A stretch of DNA of 19,617 bases from Octopus sinensis (Eukaryota): assembly GCF_006345805.1 (NCBI RefSeq), contig NW_021824203.1:1-19617 (forward strand), given 5' to 3'. Positions 8,788-19,617 of this stretch are shown in pieces. Made by a program: the position numbers and the translations under genes. The notes under the pieces were generated by a model. It was given only the letters and a program-made list of their open reading frames with translations, was not told the origin of the DNA and did no database searches. Each line of letters opens with the position of its first letter. Positions within the stretch are counted from its first letter, which is position 1.

Positions 8788-11700
8788 AGGAAGAATGGAA
8801 GTTTTGAAGAATGCAGTGCTCAGACAATTAACAACTGATGCCGGCAGTTTGTTCCATGCTTGCGTGTGTATGGAGGGGAGGAAATCAGGTGTAGTGTTGG
8901 CGAATCTCAGGAAGGATGGAAGTTTTGAAGGATGCAGTGCTGCAACCACTAACAACTGATGCCGGCAGTTTGTTCCATGCTTGAGTGTGTATGGAGGGGA
9001 GGAAATCAGGTGTAGTGTTGGTGAATCTCAGGAAGAATGGAAGTTTTGAAGGATGCAGTGCTCAGACAATTAACAACTGATGCCGGCAGTTTGTTCCATG
9101 CTTGAGTGTGTATGGAGGGGAGGAAATCAGGTGTAGTGTTGGTGAATCTCAGGAAGAATGGAAGTTTTGAAGAATGCAGTGCTCAGACAATTAACAACTG
9201 ATGCCGGCAGTTTGTTCCATGCTTGCGTGTGTATGGAGGGGAGGAAATCAGGTGTAGTGTTGGCGAATCTCAGGAAGAATGGAAGTTTTGAAGGATGCAG
9301 TGCTGCAACCACTAACAACTGATGCCGGCAGTTTGTTCCATGCTTGAGTGTGTATGGAGGGGAGGAAATCAGGTGTAGTGTTGGTGAATCTCAGGAAGAA
9401 TGGAAGTTTTGAAGGATGCAGTGCTCAGACAATTAACAACTGATGCCGGCAGTTTGTTCTATGCTTGAGTGTGTATGGAGGGGAGGAAATCAGGTGTAGT
9501 TTTGGTGAATCTCAGGAAGAATGGAAGTTTTGAAGGATGCAGTGCTCAGACAATTAACAACTGATGCCGGCAGTTTGTTCCATGCTTGAGTGTGTATGGA
9601 GGGGAGGAAATCAGGTGTAGTGTTGGTGAATCTCAGGAAGAATGGAAGTTTTGAATGATGCAGTGCTCAGACAATTAACAACTGATGCCGGCAGTTTGTT
9701 CCATGCTTGAGTGTGTATGGAGGGGAGGAAATCAGGTGTAGTGTTGGCGAATCTCAGGAAGCATGGAAGTTTTGAAGGATGCAGTGCTCCGACAACTAAC
9801 AACTGATGCCGGCAGTTTGTTCCATGCATCAGCGTGTGTATGGAGGGGAGAAGATCAGGTGTAGTGTTGACGAATCTCAGGAAGCATGGAAGTTTTGAAG
9901 GATGCAGTGCTCCGACAACTAACAACTGATGCCGGCAGTTTGTTCCGTGCTTGCGTGTGTATGGAGGGGAGAAAATCAGGTGTAGTGTTGGCGAATCTCA
10001 GAAAGCATGAAAGTTTTGAAGGATGCAGTGCTCCGACAACTAACAACTGATGCCGGCAGTTTGTTCCGTGCTTGCGTGTGTATGGAGGGGAGAAAATCAG
10101 GTGTAGTGTTGCCGAATCTCAGGAAGCATGGAAGTTTTGAAGGATGCAGTGCTCAGACAAGTAACAACTGATGCCGGCAGTTTGTTCCATGCTTGCGTGT
10201 GTATGGAGGGGAGAAAATCAGGTGTAGTGTTGCCGAATCTCAGGAATCATGGACGTTTTGAAGGATGCAGTGCTCCGACAACTAACAACTGATGCCGGCA
10301 GTTTGTTCCATGCTTGCGTGTGTATGGAGGGGAGGAAATCAGGTGTAGTGTTGGCGAATCTCAGAAAGCATGAAAGTTTTGAAGGATGCAGTGCTCCGAC
10401 AACTAACAACTGATGCCGGCAGTTTGTTCCATGCTTGCGTGTGTATGGAGGGGAGAAGATCAGGTGTAGTGTTGCCGAATCTCAGGAAGCATGGACGTTT
10501 TGAAGGATGCAGTGCTCCGACAACTAACAACTGATGCCGGCAGTTTGTTCCATGCTTGCGTGTGTATGGAGGGGAGGAAATCAGGTGTAGTGTTGGCGAA
10601 TCTCAGAAAGCATGAAAGTTTTGAAGGATGCAGTGCTCCGACAACTAACAACTGATGCCGGCAGTTTGTTCCATGCTTGCGTGTGTATGGAGGGGAGAAG
10701 ATCAGGTGTAGTGTTGCCGAATCTCAGGAAGCATGGACGTTTTGAAGGATGCAGTGCTCAGACAAGTAACAACTGATGCCGGCAGTTTGTTCCATGCTTG
10801 CGTGTGTATGGAGGGGAGGAGAAAATCAGGTGTAGTGTTGCCGAATCTCAGGAAGCATGGACGTTTTGAAGGATGCAGTGCTCCGACTAACAACTGATGC
10901 CGGCAGTTTGTTCCATGCTTGCGTGTGTATGGAGGGGAGGAATCAGGTGTAGTGTTGGCGAATCTCAGAAAGCATGGAAGTTTTGAAGGATGCAGTGCTC
11001 CGACAACAAACAACTGATGCCGGCAGTTTGTTCCATGCTTGCGTGTGTATGGAGGGGAGAAGATCAGGTGTAGTGTTGCCGAATCTCAGGAAGCATGGAC
11101 GTTTTGAAGGATGCAGTGCTCCGACAACTAACAACTGATGCCGGCAGTTTGTTCCATGCTTGCGTGTGTATGGAGGGGAGAAAATCAGGTGTAGTGTTGG
11201 CGAATCTCAGGAAGCATGGAAGTTTTGAAGGATGCAGTGCTCAGACAATTAACAACTGATGCCGGCAGTTTGTTCCATGCTTGCGTGTGTATGGAGGGGA
11301 GAATCAGGTGTAGTGTTGCCGAATCTCAGGAAGCATGGAAGTTTTGAAGGATGCAGTGCTCAGACAACTAACAACTGATGCCGGCAGTTTGTTCCATGCT
11401 TGCGTGTGTATGGAGGGGAGAAAATCAGGTGTAGTGTTGGCGAATCTCAGGAAGCATGGACGTTTTGAAGGATGCAGTGCTCCGACAACTAACAACTGAT
11501 GCCGGCAGTTTGTTCCATGCTTGCGTGTGTATGGAGGGGAGGAAATCAGGTGTAGTGTTGGTGAATCTCAGGAAGAATGGAAGTTTTGAAGGATGCAGTG
11601 CTGCAACAACAAACAACTGATGCCGGCAGTTTGTTCCATGCTTGCGTGTGTATGGAGGGGAGGAAATCAGGTGTAGTGTTGGTGAATCTCAGGAAGAATG

Positions 11701-14700
11701 GAAGTTTTGAAGGATGCAGTGCTCAGACAATTAACAACTGATGCCGGCAGTTTGTTCCATGCTTGCGTGTGTATGGAGGGAGGGGAGGAAATAGGTGTAG
11801 TGTTGGTGAATCTCAGGAAGAATGGAAGTTTTGAAGGATGCAGTGCTGCAACCACTAACAACTGATGCCGGCAGTTTGTTCCATGCTTGAGTGTGTATGG
11901 AGGGGAGGAAATCAGGTGTAGTGTTGGTGAATCTCAGGAAGGATGGAAGTTTTGAAGGATGCAGTGCTCAGACAATTAACAACTGATGCCGGCAGTTTGT
12001 TCCATGCTTGAGTGTGTATGGAGGGGAGGAAATCAGGTGTAGTGTTGGTGAATCTCAGGAAGGATGGAAGTTTTGAAGGATGCAGTGCTCAGACAATTAA
12101 CAACTGATGCCGGCAGTTTGTTCCATGCTTGAGTGTGTATGGAGGGGAGGAAATCAGGTGTAGTGTTGGTGAATCTCAGGAAGAATGGAAGTTTTGAAGG
12201 ATGCAGTGCTGCAACAACAAACAACTGATGCCGGCAGTTTGTTCCATGCTTGCGTGTGTATGGAGGGGAGGAAATCAGGTGTAGTGTTGGTGAATCTCAG
12301 GAAGAATGGAAGTTTTGAAGGATGCAGTGCTCAGACAATTAACAACTGATGCCGGCAGTTTGTTCCATGCTTGCGTGTGTATGGAGGGGAGGAAATCAGG
12401 TGTAGTGTTGGCGAATCTCAGGAAGCATGGAAGTTTTGAAGGATGCAGTGCTCCGACAACTAACAACTGATGCCGGCAGTTTGTTCCATGCATCAGCGTG
12501 TGTATGGAGGGGAGAAGATCAGGTGTAGTGTTGACGAATCTCAGGAAGCATGGAAGTTTTGAAGGATGCAGTGCTCCGACAACTAACAACTGATGCCGGC
12601 AGTTTGTTCCGTGCTTGCGTGTGTATGGAGGGGAGAAAATCAGGTGTAGTGTTGGCGAATCTCAGAAAGCATGAAAGTTTTGAAGGATGCAGTGCTCCGA
12701 CAACTAACAACTGATGCCGGCAGTTTGTTCCGTGCTTGCGTGTGTATGGAGGGGAGAAAATCAGGTGTAGTGTTGCCGAATCTCAGGAAGCATGGAAGTT
12801 TTGAAGGATGCAGTGCTCAGACAAGTAACAACTGATGCCGGCAGTTTGTTCCATGCTTGCGTGTGTATGGAGGGGAGAAAATCAGGTGTAGTGTTGCCGA
12901 ATCTCAGGAAGCATGGACGTTTTGAAGGATGCAGTGCTCCGACAACTAACAACTGATGCCGGCAGTTTGTTCCATGCTTGCGTGTGTATGGAGGGGAGGA
13001 TATCAGGTGTAGTGTTGGCGAATCTCAGAAAGCATGGAAGTTTTGAAGGATGCAGTGCTCCGACAACTAACAACTGATGCCGGCAGTTTGTTCCATGCTT
13101 GCGTGTGTATGGAGGGGAGAAGATCAGGTGTAGTGTTGCCGAATCTCAGGAAGCATGGACGTTTTGAAGGATGCAGTGCTCAGACAAGTAACAACTGATG
13201 CCGGCAGTTTGTTCCATGCTTGCGTGTGTATGGAGGGGAGAAAATCAGGTGTAGTGTTGCCGAATCTCAGGAAGCATGGACGTTTTGAAGGATGCAGTGC
13301 TCCGACAACTAACAACTGATGCCGGCAGTTTGTTCCATGCTTGCGTGTGTATGGAGGGGAGGATATCAGGTGTAGTGTTGGCGAATCTCAGAAAGCATGG
13401 AAGTTTTGAAGGATGCAGTGCTCCGACAACTAACAACTGATGCCGGCAGTTTGTTCCATGCTTGCGTGTGTATGGAGGGGAGAAGATCAGGTGTAGTGTT
13501 GCCGAATCTCAGGAAGCATGGACGTTTTGAAGGATACAGTGCTCCGACAACTAACAACTGATGCCGGCAGTTTGTTCCATGCTTGCGTGTGTATGGAGGG
13601 GTGAAAATCAGGTGTAGTGTTGGCGAATCTCAGGAAGCATGGAAGTTTTGAAGGATGCAGTGCTCAGACAATTAACAACTGATGCCGGCAGTTTGTTCCA
13701 TGCTTGCGTGTGTATGGAGGGGAGAAATCAGGTGTAGTGTTGCCGAATCTCAGGAAGCATGGAAGTTTTGAAGGATGCAGTGCTCAGACAACTAACAACT
13801 GATGCCGGCAGTTTGTTCCATGCTGGCGTGTGTATGGAGGGGAGAAAATCAGGTGTAGTGTTGGCGAATCTCAGGAAGCATGGACGTTTTGAAGGATGCA
13901 GTGCTCCGACAACTAACAACTGATGCCGGCAGTTTGTTCCATGCTTGCGTGTGTATGGAGGGGAGGAAATCAGGTGTAGTGTTGGTGAATCTCAGGAAGA
14001 ATGGAAGTTTTGAAGGATGCAGTGCTGCAACAACAAACAACTGATGCCGGCAGTTTGTTCCATGCTTGCGTGTGTATGGAGGGGAGGAAATCAGGTGTAG
14101 TGTTGGTGAATCTCAGGAAGAATGGAAGTTTTGAAGGATGCAGTGCTCAGACAATTAACAACTGATGCCGGCAGTTTGTTCCATGCTTGCGTGTGTATGG
14201 AGGGGAGGAAATCAGGTGTAGTGTTGGTGAATCTCAGGAAGAATGGAAGTTTTGAAGGATGCAGTGCTGCAACCACTAACAACTGATGCCGGCAGTTTGT
14301 TCCATGCTTGAGTGTGTATGGAGGGGAGGAAATCAGGTGTAGTGTTGGTGAATCTCAGGAAGGATGGAAGTTTTGAAGGATGCAGTGCTCAGACAATTAA
14401 CAACTGATGCCGGCAGTTTGTTCCATGCTTGAGTGTGTATGGAGGGGAGGAAATCAGGTGTAGTGTTGGTGAATCTCAGGAAGGATGGAAGTTTTGAAGG
14501 ATGCAGTGCTCAGACAATTAACAACTGATGCCGGCAGTTTGTTCCATGCTTGAGTGTGTATGGAGGGGAGGAAATCAGGTGTAGTGTTGGTGAATCTCAG
14601 GAAGAATGGAAGTTTTGAAGGATGCAGTGCTCAGACAATTAACAACTGATGCCGGCAGTTTGTTCCATGCTTGCGTGTGTATGGAGGGGAGGAAATCAGG

Positions 14701-17700
14701 TGTAGTGTTGGTGAATCTCAGGAAGGATGGAAGTTTTGAAGGATGCAGTGCTCAGACAATTAACAACTGATGCCGGCAGTTTGTTCCATGCTTGCGTGTG
14801 TATGGAGGGGAGGAAATCAGGTGTAGTGTTGGTGAATCTCAGGAAGGATGGAAGTTTTGAAGGAACCAGTGCTCAGACAATTAACAACTGATGCCGGCAG
14901 TTTGGGCAGTTTGTTCCATGCTGGTGTGTATGGAGGGGAGGAATCAGGGTAGTGTTGGTGAATCTCAGGAAGGATGGAAGTTTTGAAGGATGCAGTGCTC
15001 AGACAATTAACAACTGATGCCGGCAGTTTGTTCCATGCTTGCGTGTGTATGGAGGGGAGAAAATCAGGTGTAGTGTTGGTGAATCTCAGGAAGAATGGAA
15101 GTTTTGAAGGATGCAGTGCTCAGACAATTAACAACTGATGCCGGCAGTTTGTTCCATGCTTGAGTGTGTATGGAGGGGAGGAAATCAGGTGTAGTGTTGG
15201 TGAATCTCAGGAAGAATGGAGTTTTGTTTGAAGGATGCAGTGCTGCAACCACTAACAACTGATGCCGGCAGTTTGTTCCATGCTTGAGTGTGTATGGAGG
15301 GGAGGAAATCAGGTGTAGTGTTGGTGAATCTCAGGAAGAATGGAAGTTTTGAAGGATGCAGTGCTGCAACCACTAACAACTGATGCCGGCAGTTTGTTCC
15401 ATGCTTGCGTGTGTATGGAGGGGAGGAAATCAGGTGTAGTGTTGGTGAATCTCAGGAAGAATGGAAGTTTTGAAGGATGCAGTGCTCAGACAATTAACAA
15501 CTGATGCCGGCAGTTTGTTCCATGCTTGCGTGTGTATGGAGGGGAGGAAATCAGGTGTAGTGTTGGTGAATCTCAGGAAGAATGGAAGTTTTGAAGGATG
15601 CAGTGCTGCAACCACTAACAACTGATGCCGGCAGTTTGTTCCATGCTTGAGTGTGTATGGAGGGGAGGAAATCAGGTGTAGTGTTGGTGAATCTCAGGAA
15701 GGATGGAAGTTTTGAAGGATGCAGTGCTCAGACAATTAACAACTGATGCCGGCAGTTTGTTCCATGCTTGCGTGTGTATGGAGGGGAGGAGGAAATCAGG
15801 TGTAGGTTTGGAATCAGGAAGAATGGAAGTTTTGAAGGATGCAGTGCTCAGACAATTAACAACTGATGCCGGCAGTTTGTTCCATGCTTGAGTGTGTATG
15901 GAGGGGAGGAAATCAGGTGTAGTGTTGGTGAATCTCAGGAAGAATGGAAGTTTTGAAGGATGCAGTGCTCAGACAATTAACAACTGATGGGCCGGTTTGT
16001 TCCATGCTTGAGTGTATGGAGGGGAGGGGAAGGAAATCAGGTGTAGTGTTGGTGAATCTCAGGAAGAATGGAAGTTTTGAAGGATGCAGTGCTGCAACCA
16101 CTAACAACTGATGCCGGCAGTTTGTTCCATGCTTGAGTGTGTATGGAGGGGAGGAAATCAGGTGTAGTGTTGGTGAATCTCAGGAAGAATGGAAGTTTTG
16201 AATGATGCAGTGCTCAGACAATTAACAACTGATGCCGGCAGTTTGTTCCATGCTTGCGTATGGTGTATGGAGGAGGAGGAAAATCAGATGATGTGTCATG
16301 TTGTTGTGTGAAGTGTTGGGTCTCAGGAAGGATGGAAGTTTTGAAGGATGCAGTGCTCAGACAATTAACAACTGATGCCGGCAGTTTGTTCCATGCTTGA
16401 GTGTGTATGGAGGGGAGGAATCAGGTGTAGTGTTGGTGAATCTCAGGAAGAAGAAGGAAGTTTTGAAGGATGCAGTGCTCAGACAATTGACAACTGATGC
16501 CGGCAGTTTGTTCCATGCTTGAGTGTGTATGGAGGGGAGGAAATCAGGTGTAGTGTTGGCGAATCTCAGGAAGGATGGAAGTTTTGAAGGATGCAGTGCT
16601 CAGACAATTAACAACTGATGCCGGCAGTTTGTTCCATGCTTGAGTGTGTATGGAGGGGAGGAGGAAATCAGGTGTAGTGTTGGTGAATCTCAGGAAGAAT
16701 GGAAGTTTTGAAGGATGCAGTGCTGCAACCACTAATAACTGATGCCCAGGCAGTTTGTTCCATGCTGGAGGTGTGAGGAGAGGGAGGAAATCAGGTGTGT
16801 AGTGTTGGTGAATCTCAGGAAGAATGGAAGTTTTGAAGGATGCAGTGCTCAGACAATTAACAACTGATGCCGGCAGTTTGTTCCATGCTTGCGTGTGTAT
16901 GGAGGGGAGGAAATCAGGTGTAGTGTTGGTGAATCTCAGGAAGGATGGAAGTTTTGAAGGAAGATGCAGTGCTCAGACATTAACAACTGATGCCGGCAGT
17001 TTGTTCCATGCTTGAGTGTGTATGGAGGGGAGGAAATCAGGTGTAGTGTTGGTGAATCTCAGGAGAATGGAAGTTTTGAAGGATGCAGTGCTCAGACAAT
17101 TAACAACTGATGCCGGCAGTTTGTTCCATGCTTGAGTGTGTATGGAGGGGAGGAAATCAGGTGTAGTGTTGGCGAATCTCAGGAAGGATGGAAGTTTTGA
17201 AGAATGCAGTGCTCAGACAATTAACAACTGATGCCGGCAGTTTGTTCCATGCTTGCCTGTGTATGGAGGGGAGGAAATCAGGTGTAGTGTTGGTGAATCT
17301 CAGGAAGAATGGAAGTTTTGAAGAATGCAGTGCTCAGACAATTAACAACTGATGCCGGCAGTTTGTTCCATGCTTGCGTGTGTATGGAGGGGAGGAAATC
17401 ATGTGTAGTGTTGGCGAATCTCAGGAAGGATGGAAGTTTTGAAGGATGCAGTGCTGCAACCACTAACAACTGATGCCGGCAGCAGTTTGTTCATGCTTGA
17501 GTGTGTATGGAGGGGAGGAAATCAGGTGTAGTGTTGGTGAATCTCAGGAAGAATGGAAGTTTTGAAGGATGCAGTGCTCAGACAATTAACAACTGATGCG
17601 GCAGTGTTTGTTCCATGCTTGAGTGTGTATGGAGGGGAGGAAATCAGGTGTAGTGTTGGTGAATCTCAGGAAGAATGGAAGTTTTGAAGGATGCAGTGCT

Positions 17701-19558
17701 CAGACAATTAACAACTGATGCCGGCAGTTTGTTCCATGCTTGCGTGTGTATGGAGGGGAGGAAATCAGGTGTAGTGTTGGTGAATCTCAGGAAGGATGGA
17801 AGTTTTGAAGGATGCAGTGCTGCAACCACTAACAACTGATGCCGGCAGTTTGTTCCATGCTTGAGTGTGTATGGAGGGGAGGAAATCAGGTGTAGTGTTG
17901 GTGAATCTCAGGAAGAATGGAAGTTTTGAAGGATGCAGTGCTCAGACAATTAACAACTGATGCCGGCAGTTGTTCCATGCTTGAGTGTGTATGGAGGGGA
18001 GGAAATCAGGTGTAGTTTTGGTGAATCTCAGGAAGAATGGAAGTTTTGAAGGATGCAGTGCTCAGACAATTAACAACTGATGCCGGCAGTTTGTTCCATG
18101 CTTGAGTGTGTTTGGAGGGGAGGAAATCAGGTGTAGTGTTGGTGAATCTCAGGAAGAATGGAAGTTTTGAAGGATGCAGTGCTCAGACAATTAACAACTG
18201 ATGCCGGCAGTTTGTTCCATGCTTGAGTGTGTATGGAGGGGAGGAAATCAGGTGTAATGTTGGCGAATCTCAGGAAGCATGGAAGTTTTGAAGGATGCAG
18301 TGCTCCGACAACTAACAACTGATGCCGGCAGTTTGTTCCATGCATCAGCGTGTGTATGGAGGGGAGAAGATCAGGTGTAGTGTTGACGAATCTCAGGAAG
18401 CATGGAAGTTTTGAAGGATGCAGTGCTCCGACAACTAACAACTGATGCCGGCAGTTTGTTCCGTGCTGGCGTGTGTATGGAGGGGAGAAAATCAGGTGTA
18501 GTGTTGGCGAATCTCAGAAAGCATGAAAGTTTTGAAGGATGCAGTGCTCCGACAACTAACAACTGATGCCGGCAGTTTGTTCCGTGCTTGCGTGTGTATG
18601 GAGGGGAGAAAATCAGGTGTAGTGTTGGCGAATCTCAGGAAGCATGGAAGTTTTGAAGGATGCAGTGCTCAGACAAGTAACAACTGATGCCGGCAGTTTG
18701 TTCCATGCTTGCGTGTGTATGGAGGGGAGAAAATCAGGTGTAGTGTTGCCGAATCTCAGGAAGCATGGACGTTTTTGAAGGATGCAGTGCTCCGACAACT
18801 AACAACTGATGCCGGCAGTTTGTTCCATGCTTGCGTGTGTATGGAGGGGAGGATATCAGGTGTAGTGTTGGCGAATCTCAGAAAGCATGGAAGTTTTGAA
18901 GGATGCAGTGCTCAGACAATTAACAACTGATGCCGGCAGTTTGTTCCATGCTTGCGTGTGTATGGAGGGGAGAAGATCAGGTGTAGTGTTGCCGAATCTC
19001 AGGAAGCATGGACGTTTTGAAGGATACAGTGCTCCGACAACTAACAACTGATGCCGGCAGTTTGTTCCATGCTTGTGTGTGTATGGAGGGGTGAAAATCA
19101 GGTGTAGTGTTGGCGAATCTCAGGAAGCATGGAAGTTTTGAAGGATGCATTGCTCAGACAATTAACAACTGATGCCGGCAGTTTGTTCCATGCTTGCGTG
19201 TGTATGGAGGGGAGAAAATCAGGTGTAGTGTTTGCGAATCTCAGGAAGCATGGAAATTTTGAAGGATGCAGTGCTCAGACAACTAACAACTGATGCCGGC
19301 AGTTTGTTCCATGCTGGCGTGTGTATGGAGGGGAGAAAATCAGGTGTAGTGTTGGCGAATCTCAGGAAGCATGGACGTTTTGAAGGATGCAGTGCTCCGA
19401 CAACTAACAACTGATGCCGGCAGTTTGTTCCATGCTTGCGTGTGTATGGAGGGGAGGATATCAGGTGTAGTGTTGGCGAATCTCAGAAAGCATGGATGTT
19501 TTGAAGGATGCAGTGCCCCAACAACTAATAACTGATGCCGGCAGTTTGTTCCATGCTT
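8788..19558. repeat. 121-bp tandem satellite array, ~89 units, derived from a LINE 3' end
   Basis: Unit on +: caggaag(a/c/g)atggaagttttgaaggatgcagtgctc(a/c)gacaa(t/c)taacaactgatgccggcagtttgttccatgcttg(c/a)gtgtgtatggaggggag(g/a)aaatcaggtgtagtgttgg(t/c)gaatct. ORF starts recur at multiples of 121; 10771/121 is about 89. Confidence 0.98.
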
Positions 19559-19617
19559 CAGCAAGTCTCAGCGTGAAAAATTATATCGGAAATGAATAAG
19601 AGAAAATTAACTTGGTG
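19450..19617 (-). pseudogene. C-terminus of ORF2 of a second CR1/L2-group LINE (parent of the satellite), continuing beyond the window
   Basis: The minus strand reads cgatataatttttcacgctgagacttgctgaagcatggaacaaactgccggca, i.e. RYNF(F)TLRLAEAWNKLPASVISC.GTASFK after restoring 1 nt. This matches the canonical R.NFF..RV...WN.LP..VV......FK LINE terminus. Confidence 0.75.

Noticed and set aside
8204-8959. Plus-strand ORFs of 128 aa and 86 aa
   Set aside because: They are antisense shadows of the LINE RT frame.
8788-19558. CRISPR array, or a prokaryotic RT-associated repeat system (retron, DGR, RT-Cas1)
   Set aside because: There are no unique spacers: the whole 121 bp repeats. No cas, avd or ncRNA features are present. 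The RT is a eukaryotic non-LTR type and the context is eukaryotic SINEs and microsatellites.
7671-19558. Retrotransposon-maintained telomere or subtelomere
   Set aside because: No TTAGGG tracts are visible, the array is bounded on both sides by LINE sequence, and chromosomal position cannot be known from this window.
9127-19564. Tandem family of ~63-aa (and 104-aa) peptide genes, MLVV(A/G)ALHPSK...QHYT
   Set aside because: These arise from a 121-bp unit (3n+1) rotating frames. Most start at TTG rather than ATG, and length changes track indels. Only the second half is real coding ancestry (the LINE C-terminus).

Overview
Eukaryotic, repeat-saturated DNA with no supportable host gene. The SINE sequences match, from memory, those typical of octopus (cephalopod) genomes; this assignment is inference. 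Positions 1-7670 are a mosaic of tRNA-type SINEs, microsatellites, two decayed Penelope-like (GIY-YIG) retroelement remnants with possible degenerate hammerhead ribozymes, a full-length Tc1/mariner element (27-bp TIRs, TA TSD, D-37-E spacing, DD36E/Incomer-like), and a near-identical ~430-bp duplication bracketing a SINE tail. Positions 7671-8787 are a 5'-truncated CR1-group LINE on the minus strand with one frameshift in its RT. Positions 8788-19558 are a ~10.8-kb array of ~89 copies of a 121-bp unit. The unit is the ORF2 C-terminus, stop codon and start of the 3' UTR of a second LINE, and the array runs directly into that parent LINE at the right edge of the window. It has two variant subfamilies and nested higher-order duplications (offsets 363, 2664, ~5490/5852 and ~8516 bp). 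The array is not CRISPR, and the repeated 63-aa ORFs are not genes. The most interesting signal is a satellite caught in situ with its parent retrotransposon, bounded by a 7-nt microhomology and fused to another RT-bearing LINE.
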